Source: an uncultured Pelagibacteraceae bacterium
Lineage (GTDB): Bacteria; Pseudomonadota; Alphaproteobacteria; Pelagibacterales; AG-422-B15
Length of the DNA stretch: 64,000 nt
Reading direction: 5' to 3'
Assembly (NCBI GenBank): GCA_902584815.1
Contig: CACIBF010000004.1
Span: forward strand, 5,217 to 69,216
Made by a program: the position numbers and the translations under genes. Shown in pieces: positions 33,585-43,145 of the stretch (within the stretch, counting starts at the first letter, position 1; every line of letters begins with the position of its first letter). The notes below the pieces were generated by a model, which saw nothing but the letters and a program-made list of their open reading frames with translations, had not been told where the DNA came from and ran no database searches.

Positions 33585-34338
33585 AAATAAAAATAAACCA
33601 GAACTTGCTACATCAAATACTGGTTTAAAAATAAAAAATATTAGAAAGTCTCTTTCAAAAAAACCGATTGTTCGTGATGTTTCAATTAATGTTGAACGTG
33701 GCAAAGCGATTGGTCTTCTTGGACAAAATGGTGCAGGCAAAACAACAACATTTTATATGACTATGGGATTGATTAATCCAGATGGTGGAGAAATATATTT
33801 AGATGACAGTAATGTTACTTCACTTCCAATGTATAAACGTGCTCGTCTCGGACTTGGATATTTACCTCAACAACCAAGTATATTTAGAGGTCTAAGTGTA
33901 GAAGATAATATTTTTTCAATACTCGAAACACAAAAAAATTCTTCAGATCAAATCAAAAACACTTTAGAAGAACTTCTTACAGAGTTTTCTCTCACTCATT
34001 TACGCCGTGCAATGCCTTATAATTTGAGTGGAGGGGAAAGGAGAAGAACTGAGATTGCAAGATGCTTAGCATCAAATCCAAAAATTATTTTAATGGATGA
34101 ACCGTTCGCAGGTGTAGATCCTATAGGCATTAATGATATTAAGGAATTAATAAAGCATCTTACTGATAGAAATATTGGTGTTCTTATAACAGATCACCAA
34201 TCACGCGAAGTTCTAGATACGTGCGAGTATTCTTACATAATGCATGCTGGTGAAATTATTTCTGAAGGAACTAGTGATCACATCATAAGAGATCAAGATG
34301 CAAGAAAATTTTATTTGGGTCAAAGTTTCAAAGTTTAA
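33577..34338 (+). CDS. lptB: LPS export ABC transporter ATP-binding protein LptB
   Basis: Walker A is GQNGAGKTTTF, the signature is LSGGERRRTEIARCL and Walker B is ILMDEPFAGVDP. The C-terminal ARKFYLG tail is typical of LptB. Confidence 0.93.
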   Translation: MSENKNKPELATSNTGLKIKNIRKSLSKKPIVRDVSINVERGKAIGLLGQNGAGKTTTFYMTMGLINPDGGEIYLDDSNVTSLPMYKRARLGLGYLPQQPSIFRGLSVEDNIFSILETQKNSSDQIKNTLEELLTEFSLTHLRRAMPYNLSGGERRRTEIARCLASNPKIILMDEPFAGVDPIGINDIKELIKHLTDRNIGVLITDHQSREVLDTCEYSYIMHAGEIISEGTSDHIIRDQDARKFYLGQSFKV

Positions 34339-34414
34339 TGGTGGAGCTAGTCGGGATCGAACCGACGACCTCATCACTGCCAGCGATGCGCTCTCCCAGC
34401 TGAGCTATAGCCCC
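34339..34414 (-). tRNA. tRNA-Ala (anticodon GGC)
   Basis: The reverse complement is GGGGCTATAGCTCAGCTGGGAGAGCGCATCGCTGGCAGTGATGAGGTCGTCGGTTCGATCCCGACTAGCTCCACCA. It has a G3:U70 pair, the anticodon loop CTGGCAG and an encoded CCA. Its 3' end abuts the lptB stop codon with no spacer. Confidence 0.93.
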
Positions 34415-34428
34415 AACTTAAAATGAAA

Positions 34429-34797
34429 TTATTTTTCTTCTAGTGATACTTCGTCTTCATTGTTGATATCAAGACCATCTAACTCAGGGTCAATGTCATT
34501 TACATCTGCATCGTCTAAACTAATAGTATCTTCTTCGTCATCCATTGCGATTTCCGCATCCGCGTCATCTTCAAGCATAGACTCTGAGGCGTCACTTCCA
34601 ATTAAATTATCATCAACAGTAGACTCTAAATCATCTTCATAAACTTTTTTTGCCGCAGAACTAGTGACAGGAATAATTTCATTTTCAATAGAATGACCAC
34701 AATTAGGGCATGGCAATGGATATTTTCGATTCAAATCGTAAAATTTTGTTTCGCATTCTGGGCATACTATTTTTTTACCCCATTCTGGTTTAGACAT
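34429..34797 (-). CDS. TIGR02300 (FYDLN_acid) family zinc-ribbon protein with acidic tail
   Basis: The N-terminus is WGKKIVCPECETKFYDLNRKYPLPCPNCGH. It is followed by a long D/E-rich C-terminus, the defining layout of that family as I recall it. Confidence 0.75.
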   Translation of the reverse strand: MSKPEWGKKIVCPECETKFYDLNRKYPLPCPNCGHSIENEIIPVTSSAAKKVYEDDLESTVDDNLIGSDASESMLEDDADAEIAMDDEEDTISLDDADVNDIDPELDGLDINNEDEVSLEEK

Positions 34798-34879
34798 TTG
34801 ATGACTTTCTATATAATAGTTGGTTATGAATATGATAGATATTGTATAATATAATTAAAACATACCTCAAGATATAAAA

Positions 34880-36190
34880 TTGAAAAAACAAACAAAATAT
34901 AAGCTAAAAGGCTCCTTACAAATATCAGGTGATAAGTCAATATCACATAGATCACTTATTTTATCTTCTATGGCTCTTGGAGAGGCAAAAATTACTAACC
35001 TTTTAGAGTCAGAAGATACTCTCAGTACAATAAAAATACTTAGAACCCTAAGCATTCAGATAAAGAAAGTTAAAGATGATTGGATCGTGATTGGTAATGG
35101 TACAAATGGATACATTCAACCATCTGAGGCACTTGATTGTGGAAATTCAGGAACGACTGCAAGACTAATGCTTGGAGCCGTTAGTACGAATCCAATTTTC
35201 TGTACTTTTATTGGAGACAAATCTCTAAGTAAAAGGCCTATGACAAGGGTTACAAATTTTCTAAATACAGTTGGCGCTGAAACTGTATTGACGAATAAAG
35301 ATTATTTTCCAATGACCATTAGTGGTGCGGAAGATCCGTTGCCACTTCATCACAGAATTACAAAAGCGTCAGCACAAGTCAAAACAGCATTAATACTTGC
35401 TGCTTTAAATATAATGGGCAGAACATCAATAATAGAAACTAGGAAAACTAGAGATCATACTGAAATTTTATTAAAGTATTTAAAAGTAAAGTTCAAAGTG
35501 ATTAAGCAACAAGATAATGCTACTAAACTGGTCTTTAATGGACCATACGAGATAGAGGCAAAAAATATTTTTGTTGCCGGAGATCCTTCATCTGCAGCAT
35601 TTTTCATTGTTGCTGCACTTATAGTTCCAAATTCAAAGATTATTTTGAAAAATGTTTGCTTAAATAAAACAAGAATAGAGTACATCAGTATTCTAAAAAA
35701 AATGGGTGCTAAGATAAAAGTTGAAAAAGGAAAAACAAGATCGGGTGAATTAATTGGCTCAATTCAAGTTGAATATAGTAAATTGAAAGCTGTCAATATT
35801 CCAAAAGGACTATCTCCATATTTAATCGATGAATATCCAATACTCTCAATTGCTGCATCAGTTGCAAAAGGAACTACGAAAATGAATGGTCTTGAAGAAT
35901 TAAGATATAAAGAAAGTGATCGTATAAAAAGTATTCACGAAAACCTTAAAAAACTAAAAATTAATTGTTCAGTAAAAAAAGATGATATTTCTATAACTGG
36001 ATCAACCATTAATCCAAATGGCGGTGTAAAGATAAAAACTTTTGGAGATCATCGTATTGCGATGTCTTTTAAGATTATGAGTTTAATATGTGATAAGCAA
36101 TTAAGTTTCGATGACCTTGAATGTATTAATATAAGTTATCCAGATTTTAATAAACACTTAAACTCATTAAAAGTAGAAAATGGTTTGTAG
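34880..36190 (+). CDS. aroA: 3-phosphoshikimate 1-carboxyvinyltransferase (EPSP synthase)
   Basis: It has a TTG start. The motifs are LQISGDKSISHRSLIL and LDCGNSGTTARLMLG. The protein is 436 aa. Confidence 0.95.
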   Translation: MKKQTKYKLKGSLQISGDKSISHRSLILSSMALGEAKITNLLESEDTLSTIKILRTLSIQIKKVKDDWIVIGNGTNGYIQPSEALDCGNSGTTARLMLGAVSTNPIFCTFIGDKSLSKRPMTRVTNFLNTVGAETVLTNKDYFPMTISGAEDPLPLHHRITKASAQVKTALILAALNIMGRTSIIETRKTRDHTEILLKYLKVKFKVIKQQDNATKLVFNGPYEIEAKNIFVAGDPSSAAFFIVAALIVPNSKIILKNVCLNKTRIEYISILKKMGAKIKVEKGKTRSGELIGSIQVEYSKLKAVNIPKGLSPYLIDEYPILSIAASVAKGTTKMNGLEELRYKESDRIKSIHENLKKLKINCSVKKDDISITGSTINPNGGVKIKTFGDHRIAMSFKIMSLICDKQLSFDDLECINISYPDFNKHLNSLKVENGL

Positions 36191-36821
36191 TGTAATTGCA
36201 ATAGATGGTCCTGCAGGTGTGGGCAAGACAACAATTGCAAAAAAATTATCTAAAAAGATGAATGCTCCTGTTTTGTTTAGCGGTCAACTTTATCGAGCTG
36301 TAGCTTATGAAATGATTAAGAATAAAATAAACGTATCTCAAGAAAATAAGATTATCCAGATTGCTAAAAAATTAGATATGAGCATTTATAGTGAAAGAGC
36401 TCTGTACACAGCAAAGATAGATTTAATTTCATCAAAAATTTCATCAAATAAATTGCTCAGAAAAGCTCTCATAAACTATCAGAGAAGGTTTCCGAAAATC
36501 CAAAAAAAAAGAATTAAGCTTGTAATCATTGAAGGAAGAGATATTGGAACTGTCATTTTTCCAAGAGCCAAAGTGAAGTTTTTTATGTGGGCATCCTCAA
36601 AAATTAGGGCAAAAAGAAGATATGATCAGGTCAAAAAAACAAGTAAAAAAGCCAAATTGTCATCAATCCAGAAAGAAATTGATAGACGTGACCTAAGAGA
36701 TATGAATAGGAAGGTTGCTCCGATGATACCAGCTGCAGATTCCTACTTGATTGACAATACTAATTACGATATACCCCAGACGTTTAATGCAATACTTAAG
36801 ATATTAAACAAAAAGAATTAA
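36180..36821 (+). CDS. cmk: Cytidylate kinase
   Basis: The P-loop is IAIDGPAGVGKTT. The lid includes EGRDIGTVIFP. The aroA-cmk-rpsA order is conserved. Confidence 0.92.
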   Translation: MVCSVIAIDGPAGVGKTTIAKKLSKKMNAPVLFSGQLYRAVAYEMIKNKINVSQENKIIQIAKKLDMSIYSERALYTAKIDLISSKISSNKLLRKALINYQRRFPKIQKKRIKLVIIEGRDIGTVIFPRAKVKFFMWASSKIRAKRRYDQVKKTSKKAKLSSIQKEIDRRDLRDMNRKVAPMIPAADSYLIDNTNYDIPQTFNAILKILNKKN

Positions 36822-36829
36822 AATTATTT

Positions 36830-38536
36830 ATGAATCAAACTGCTGACACAAACCCTAGTTCATCCGAATTCGACCAACTCCTATCTGAATCACTGTCATC
36901 ATCAAATCTTAAAGAAGGCTCTATAATCAAAGGTATCATCTCTGAAATTGAAGATGATGCAGTTGTAGTCGATGTAGGTGGAAAAACAGAAGGTCGTATT
37001 CCAAAAAGAGAATTTATTTTTTTAAAAGATAAAAAAGAACTTGAGGTTGGCGATGAGATTGATGTTTATTTAGATAAAATCGAAAACCATAACGGGGAAT
37101 GTATTCTCTCTAGAAGTAAAGCTAAGAATAGAGAAATTTGGGGTGAGATTGAAAAGTCATTTGAAGCAGGAGAGCTTGTAGAAGGCGTTATTACCGGGAA
37201 AGTTAAAGGTGGATTATCATGTGAAATTGGTATCACCGCATTCCTACCTGGATCACAAATTGATACTCGACCAGTTAGAGACATTTCTCACCTTCTAAAC
37301 GTACCTCAAAAATTTAAAATACTTAAGATGGATGCTAAGCGCAACAATATTGTAGTTAGCAGACGAAGCGTCCTAGAAGAACTTCATAAAGAAACTCGTG
37401 AAGAACGTTTCTCTCAAATGGCTCTTGGAGATATTGTTGATGGTACAGTAAAAGCTATAACTGACTACGGCGCATTCATCGACCTAGGCGGCTATGACTC
37501 ACTATTACATAGTTCTGATATTACATACAAAAGAATTGGTCACCCAAGTGAAGTTTTAAAAATTAGTCAACAAGTTAAAGTGAAAATTATTAAAGTTGAC
37601 CCTGAGAAAAACCGTGTATCAGTTGGTATGAAGCAACTTGAGAGCGACCCTTGGGAAGCTGTTAAAGACCAATTTAAAGTTGATGATCAAGTGACAGGAA
37701 TTGTAACCAACGTAACAGATTATGGAATTTTTATTGAAATTCAAAATGGTGTGGAAGGGCTATGCCATAAAGATATGTTAACATGGAGTCAAAAACAAAA
37801 TTCAAAGCCTGGAAACTTATTTGCTCGTTCACAATCAGTTGAATGTAAGATTCTTGAAATAGATTATGAGAAAAAGAGATTAAGCTTAGGTATTAAACAA
37901 TTGACTGATAATCCATGGATTAAGTTTAATGAAGCAAATCCAATCGGTACGATTGTTGACACTGAAATCACGGCTATTAAAGATGGAATTATTTTTTGTG
38001 GCCTCGAAGATGATATTGATGGAGCTATTTTTGCAAAAGATCTTTCTTGGGAACTATCTGGAAATGATGCAAAAGAAGAAGTAAAAAAATATAACGTTGG
38101 CGACAAAATAAAAGCCAAAATCATCTCAAATGAAAATGAAAAAGTTGCATTATCAATACGTGAGCTGGATGGCAACCCATTTGACGAACTAAAAGATAAG
38201 AAAAAGGGAGATATTGTAACTTGTACTGTAACTGATACAGACTCTTATGGAGTTAAAGTTGCTATTGGTGAAAATGGACCAAAAGTAGTTATTAAAAAGA
38301 ACGATCTTGCTATTCAAAAAGGCGATGCTCGTCCAGAGCGTTGGGCTAAAAATGATAAGCTTGATGCAATGATAACACAAATAGATGCATCAAGTCTGAA
38401 AATTGCTCTATCAATAAGAGCTCTTGAAGAACAAAATGAAGCTGAAGCGATGGAAAAATATGGAAGTAAAGATTCAGGCGCATCTCTGGGAGATATTCTT
38501 GGAAAAGCGATAAGCGACAAGAAATCTGAAGAATAA
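36830..38536 (+). CDS. rpsA: 30S ribosomal protein S1
   Basis: 568 aa with six S1 (OB) repeats, e.g. [33 protein letters not shown] and [15 protein letters not shown]. Confidence 0.96.
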   Translation: MNQTADTNPSSSEFDQLLSESLSSSNLKEGSIIKGIISEIEDDAVVVDVGGKTEGRIPKREFIFLKDKKELEVGDEIDVYLDKIENHNGECILSRSKAKNREIWGEIEKSFEAGELVEGVITGKVKGGLSCEIGITAFLPGSQIDTRPVRDISHLLNVPQKFKILKMDAKRNNIVVSRRSVLEELHKETREERFSQMALGDIVDGTVKAITDYGAFIDLGGYDSLLHSSDITYKRIGHPSEVLKISQQVKVKIIKVDPEKNRVSVGMKQLESDPWEAVKDQFKVDDQVTGIVTNVTDYGIFIEIQNGVEGLCHKDMLTWSQKQNSKPGNLFARSQSVECKILEIDYEKKRLSLGIKQLTDNPWIKFNEANPIGTIVDTEITAIKDGIIFCGLEDDIDGAIFAKDLSWELSGNDAKEEVKKYNVGDKIKAKIISNENEKVALSIRELDGNPFDELKDKKKGDIVTCTVTDTDSYGVKVAIGENGPKVVIKKNDLAIQKGDARPERWAKNDKLDAMITQIDASSLKIALSIRALEEQNEAEAMEKYGSKDSGASLGDILGKAISDKKSEE

Positions 38537-38554
38537 AATCAGTTAAATCATATA

Positions 38555-38583
38555 TTTACATTAAATTTTATTATGCCTATAAT
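38555..38583 (+). promoter_or_regulatory. Near-consensus sigma70-type promoter TTTACA-N17-TATAAT immediately upstream of ihfB
   Basis: Read directly from the sequence. The -35 is at 38555-38560 and the -10 at 38578-38583. The -10 ends 6 nt before the ihfB ATG (38590). A transcript from it would therefore be essentially leaderless. Chance matches are common in AT-rich DNA. Confidence 0.4.
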
Positions 38584-38589
38584 TTAGGC

Positions 38590-38910
38590 ATGAGTTTAAT
38601 AAAATCACAATTAATCCAAAACATTACAGAAGCAAATCCTCATTTATTTGTGAGAGATGTCGAACGTATTGTAAATACAATATTTAATGAGATTACAAAT
38701 TCGTTAGCTGAGGGTAAACGAGTTGAGCTCAGAGGTTTTGGAGCTTTTAGTGTTCAACATAGAAAATCTAGAGTTGGCCGTAATCCAAGAACTGGCGCAG
38801 CAGTAGAAGTTGAGGAAAAATTCATTCCTCGATTTAAGACTGGAAAAGAATTGCGGGTAAAATTGAATTCTAAAAACAATGCATCACAACCTAAACAAAA
38901 CGAAGAATAA
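38590..38910 (+). CDS. ihfB: Integration host factor beta subunit
   Basis: It has the HU/IHF fold, with [46 protein letters not shown]. Its position after rpsA matches many proteobacteria. Confidence 0.88.
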   Translation: MSLIKSQLIQNITEANPHLFVRDVERIVNTIFNEITNSLAEGKRVELRGFGAFSVQHRKSRVGRNPRTGAAVEVEEKFIPRFKTGKELRVKLNSKNNASQPKQNEE

Positions 38911-38934
38911 CCAAGTCTTCTCACTAGATAAATT

Positions 38935-39624
38935 TTGAGCAATAACCCTATTTTCTGTGCAATCGACACAAGTGATATTAATAAAGCTAAAGAGCTAGCA
39001 GTCAGTATTAAGCCATATGTTGGCGGAATAAAGCTTGGCCTAGAATTTTTTACTTCATGCGGAATATCAGGCATTAAACAAATAGAGGATTTAGGATTGC
39101 CACTATTTATCGATTTAAAATTCTATGACATTCCAAATACTGTAACCTCAGCTTTAAAAAATATTTTAGAAATTAATCCAATGTTCACCACTATACATTG
39201 TACTGGTGGAAGAAAAATGATGACTGAATGTATGAACTTAAAAAAAGAGATGAACAGTACAACAAATATTATTGGTGTCACCATGTTAACGAGCTTTGAT
39301 GATCAAGAAATTAATGAGATTGGATTTAGAGACTCGGTCCCAGAATCAATAAATAAACTTGCGGGAATAGCCGATAATTGTGGTCTGGATGGATTAGTCT
39401 GTAGTCCACTTGAAGCAAAAAAGATTAAAAGTGATTTTCCTCAGCTTAAATTAATTGTACCTGGAATACGAAGATCTTTGGATGAAACCAATGATCAAAA
39501 AAGAACATTGTCTGCAAATGAAGCACTCATTAATGGCGCAGATATTTTAGTTATTGGTAGGCCAATAACAGAGTCTGCTGATCCAGCAAAAGCAGCTGAA
39601 GAATTATCAAATGAAATTCAATGA
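38935..39624 (+). CDS. pyrF: Orotidine 5'-phosphate decarboxylase
   Basis: It has a TTG start. The motifs are IFCAIDT, FIDLKFYDIPNT and ILVIGRPIT. Confidence 0.93.
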   Translation: MSNNPIFCAIDTSDINKAKELAVSIKPYVGGIKLGLEFFTSCGISGIKQIEDLGLPLFIDLKFYDIPNTVTSALKNILEINPMFTTIHCTGGRKMMTECMNLKKEMNSTTNIIGVTMLTSFDDQEINEIGFRDSVPESINKLAGIADNCGLDGLVCSPLEAKKIKSDFPQLKLIVPGIRRSLDETNDQKRTLSANEALINGADILVIGRPITESADPAKAAEELSNEIQ

Positions 39625-40256
39625 AAAATTCTCAGGTCAAGATTTGTGGCATAACTACTATTACCGATGCAAATTTTGCAATAAGTTTTGGCGCTGATTA
39701 CTTAGGGTTTATTTTCTATCCTAAATCCAAGCGTTATATTTCTTATGACAACTGCAAAGAAATAATAGATGCTATAAAAGATAAGATTAAGACTGTTGCA
39801 GTGACCGTAGATCCTTCAGATAATGATATTTCAGAAATTAATAAATTGGGCGTTGATTATATTCAGCTCCATGGAAGCGAAACAGTTAAGCGTGTCACTG
39901 AAATTAAAACTAGCTGTACCTCTCCAATAATCAAGGCATTTGGGATAAATACTAGTGATGATTTAGAACAAACAACTAATTATCGTGACCTATCAGAATT
40001 CTTCTTGTTTGATTATAAACCCAGTTCAACTGAAATGCCTGGAGGTAATGCTAAACAATTTGATTGGTCAATCATTGATAAATCTCAGGTTAATAAGCAA
40101 TTCTTCCTATCTGGTGGGTTAACTTTGGACAACATTGAGAATGCTGTAAATACAGGAATTACTAATTTTTTTGATGTTTCAAGTGGAGTTGAATCAAATC
40201 CTGGAGTAAAAGATACTGAAAAATTAAAGAAATTTATTAATTTAATTAAGCAGTAG
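39621..40256 (+). CDS. trpF: N-(5'-phosphoribosyl)anthranilate isomerase
   Basis: It begins VKICGIT, contains IQLHGSE and ends in a FLSGGL...DVSSGVE block. It overlaps the pyrF stop and precedes trpB-trpA. Confidence 0.92.
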   Translation: MKNSQVKICGITTITDANFAISFGADYLGFIFYPKSKRYISYDNCKEIIDAIKDKIKTVAVTVDPSDNDISEINKLGVDYIQLHGSETVKRVTEIKTSCTSPIIKAFGINTSDDLEQTTNYRDLSEFFLFDYKPSSTEMPGGNAKQFDWSIIDKSQVNKQFFLSGGLTLDNIENAVNTGITNFFDVSSGVESNPGVKDTEKLKKFINLIKQ

Positions 40257-40258
40257 AA

Positions 40259-41491
40259 ATGATTGAGTTACAAAAAGGAATACCTCTAATTGACCAGCAT
40301 GATGAGCATGGCTATTGGGGAGGAAAATTTGGTGGAAGTCAAATAGCCGAGTCTTTAAATTATCCGATAGAAGAACTAACGCGAGAGTTTGAGAAATTAA
40401 GGCATGATGAAAAATTCATCGCTGAAAGAGATCATTATTTTAAAAACTTTGTAGGAGCTCCAACACCTTTTATTAAATTAAACAATTTAACAAAACATCT
40501 TGGAGGAGCTCAAATCTATTGCAAACTTGTTTCTAAAGCTACAGGTGGGGCACACAAGGCATACAATGCAGTTGTTCATGCGCTCATAGCAAAACACTTA
40601 GGAAAAACTTTTATCGGTGGTGATACGGGTGCAGGTTATGCTGGAAAAATGCTTAGTATGGTATCTGCACACTTTGGTTTGAAAGCAAAAATATTTATGG
40701 GTGCAAAAGATATTGAGCGACAACAAATTAATGTCTTTTCAATGCGATCTTATGGAGCAGAAGTTGTTCCAGTAACATCTGGCTCTCAGACATTGGTTAA
40801 TGCAGTATCAGAGTGCATGCGCTGGTGGACTGCTGAAAATGAAACTGCACACATGTGTGTTGGTAGTACTGTTGGTCCTACAATTTTTGTAAAAATTTGT
40901 GCATGGTCAACTGCTCAAATATCTAGAGAAATGAAAAAACAAGTTATTGATGAGTTTGGTGAGATACCAAAAGATATGAAACTTATCAATTGTGTTGGTG
41001 GAGGAAGTTCAGCTGCAGGGTTCTGGAATGAATGGATGGATCATGACAATGTTGAACTCATAGGTGTAGAAGCAGGAGGACCAGAAGGTTCAAAGAAACA
41101 TGCGGCACCATTAACGAACAGCAGTAATCTTGGAGTGCTTCATGGTTCTACTCAATATGTGATCCAAGACAGTGACGGAGAAATAGAAGAAACTGAGTCG
41201 ATTAGTGCAGGACTTGATTATCCAGGTGTTTCACCTCTTCATTGTTTCTTAAAAGAAACTGGAAGAGCTCGTTACACATCTGCAACTGATGAAGAGGCCA
41301 TAGAAGCATTCAAACTTGTTTCAAGACTTGAGGGTTTTGTTAGCCCATCATTAGAACCTGCTCATGCATTTGCAGAAGCAATAAAAATTGCACCAAAGTT
41401 AAGTAAAGACACTATTATATGTGTTGATTCTTGTGGAGATTCTGCAAAAGATGCACAGATAATTGCTCAACGCTTAGGGTATAAACTGTGA
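40259..41491 (+). CDS. trpB: Tryptophan synthase beta chain (sequence-divergent form)
   Basis: The PLP lysine context is GGAHK. Other conserved blocks are GGGSSAAGFW, GVEAGG...HAAPL...GVLHG and SISAGLDYPGVSP. The gene has trpF-trpB-trpA operon context. Several blocks that are invariant in E. coli TrpB are replaced (see findings). Confidence 0.85.
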   Translation: MIELQKGIPLIDQHDEHGYWGGKFGGSQIAESLNYPIEELTREFEKLRHDEKFIAERDHYFKNFVGAPTPFIKLNNLTKHLGGAQIYCKLVSKATGGAHKAYNAVVHALIAKHLGKTFIGGDTGAGYAGKMLSMVSAHFGLKAKIFMGAKDIERQQINVFSMRSYGAEVVPVTSGSQTLVNAVSECMRWWTAENETAHMCVGSTVGPTIFVKICAWSTAQISREMKKQVIDEFGEIPKDMKLINCVGGGSSAAGFWNEWMDHDNVELIGVEAGGPEGSKKHAAPLTNSSNLGVLHGSTQYVIQDSDGEIEETESISAGLDYPGVSPLHCFLKETGRARYTSATDEEAIEAFKLVSRLEGFVSPSLEPAHAFAEAIKIAPKLSKDTIICVDSCGDSAKDAQIIAQRLGYKL

Positions 41492-42294
41492 GTTCTGATA
41501 CTTTAAAGCAAAAGTTTTCTGAATTAAAAAAAGAGGGTCTCCCTGCCCTATTAACTTATACTGTAGGCGGCGATCCATCAAAAGATATCTCTTTAGAAAT
41601 ATTTAAATCAATAGCTGACTCTGGTGCAGATATAATTGAGTGTGGGCTTGGACATTCTGCAAATATAGGTGATGGCGCGGCAATTCAAGATAGTACATAT
41701 CGAGCATTGTCTAATGGAATTCAAACTGATGATGTATTTTCAATTATAAAATCTTTTAAAGATGAATACTCGCAAGATGTCATAATCATGACTTATCAAA
41801 ATAAGATCATGTCTTATGGAGAGAAAAATTTTATTGAAAAATGTGTTGCTAGTAATGTTTCCGGGATCATATGTGTTGATTATCCGTGGCCAACAAATAT
41901 GAGTTTTGCAGATGAATGTAAAAAAAATAATATTACGTTTATACAACTATTATCGCCTACAACTTCTGAAGAACGCCTAAAACTTATTTTAAATGATAGC
42001 CATGATGTCTGTTACTATATTTCACAATTATCAACAACTGGATCAAAACTAAAAGTTTCATCAGATGAAATACTTAACAAATTTAACTTAATGAAATCCA
42101 TTGCTCCTGAAAAAAATTTTATAATTGGATTTGGGATTACACTTGATACCATTCAATCAATAAAAGATGTTGATGCAATCGTTGTAGGATCTGCTCTTTG
42201 TAAAGAAATTTCACGTTCAGTTAATGAAAGTCAGAATCCTGCCACAAATATTGGTAATATGGTCAAACAATTAAAAGAAAAATTAATGGCATGA
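41488..42294 (+). CDS. trpA: Tryptophan synthase alpha chain
   Basis: It has a GTG start overlapping the trpB stop. The 268-aa TIM barrel includes GADIIECGLGHS and a GFGI phosphate-binding region near the C-terminus. Confidence 0.88.
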   Translation: MSSDTLKQKFSELKKEGLPALLTYTVGGDPSKDISLEIFKSIADSGADIIECGLGHSANIGDGAAIQDSTYRALSNGIQTDDVFSIIKSFKDEYSQDVIIMTYQNKIMSYGEKNFIEKCVASNVSGIICVDYPWPTNMSFADECKKNNITFIQLLSPTTSEERLKLILNDSHDVCYYISQLSTTGSKLKVSSDEILNKFNLMKSIAPEKNFIIGFGITLDTIQSIKDVDAIVVGSALCKEISRSVNESQNPATNIGNMVKQLKEKLMA

Positions 42295-43145
42295 ACTGGA
42301 TTTTAAATAAAATTAAGAAAATTCTTCCAGGTAAGAAAAAAAGCTTAGATGTTCCTGATAATGCTTGGCAGAAATGCAAAGTGTGCATGACAATGCTTTA
42401 TGCCGATGAACTTGAAAAAACTTCTTATGTCTGCCCTAATTGTGATAATCACTTACAAATACATCCAAAGCTGAGACTGAAAAACTTATTTGATGACGGA
42501 CAATACGAAGAGATAAAATACCCTTCAAACTTTTCTGATCCGTTGAATTTTAAAGACTCAAAAACCTACAGAGAACGCTTTAACCAAGCTCAAGAAAAGA
42601 CTGGTATGGATGACGCATTCCTCATAGGATCGGGGAAAATCAACGGAATTCCAACTACTATCGCGGCAATGTCATTCGGATTCATGGGCGGATCAGTTGG
42701 GCCAGCTGGTGCTGAAGCCATGGTAAAAGCAGCGGAACATAGCGTAACATTTAACACTCCACTGGTTGTGTTCACATGCTCTGGTGGTATGAGAATGCAG
42801 ACTAACCAATTCAGTCTTCAAGCAATTCCAAAAACATTAATTGCTGTTGATATGGTAAAAGATGCAAAGCTTCCGTACATCGTTGTTTTAACTGACCCAA
42901 CTAGTGGTGGTGTTTCAGCATCATTTGGTATGGTTGGAGATGTTACAATTGCTGAACCAAATGCATCCATAATGTTTGCAGGTGCATCTGTAACTAAGAA
43001 TACAACAGGTGAAACAATGCCTGATGATGTTCAAAAAGCAGAATATTTATTAGAACATGGATTTGTAGATCAAATTGTACATCGAAGAGATATACGAGAT
43101 AGCTTGGCTCAGATCATGTCGATCCTACTTAAGCGAGCAGCATAA
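42291..43145 (+). CDS. accD: Acetyl-CoA carboxylase carboxyltransferase beta subunit
   Basis: The zinc ribbon is CKVCMTMLYADELEKTSYVCPNCDNH. The carboxyltransferase core includes FGFMGGSVG. Confidence 0.95.
   Translation: MNWILNKIKKILPGKKKSLDVPDNAWQKCKVCMTMLYADELEKTSYVCPNCDNHLQIHPKLRLKNLFDDGQYEEIKYPSNFSDPLNFKDSKTYRERFNQAQEKTGMDDAFLIGSGKINGIPTTIAAMSFGFMGGSVGPAGAEAMVKAAEHSVTFNTPLVVFTCSGGMRMQTNQFSLQAIPKTLIAVDMVKDAKLPYIVVLTDPTSGGVSASFGMVGDVTIAEPNASIMFAGASVTKNTTGETMPDDVQKAEYLLEHGFVDQIVHRRDIRDSLAQIMSILLKRAA

Noticed and set aside
34339-34414. tRNA-Ala(GGC) could be an integration site for a genomic island.
   Set aside because: There is no integrase, no partial tRNA direct repeat downstream, and the flanking genes (lptB, TIGR02300, aroA) are core housekeeping genes in conserved order.
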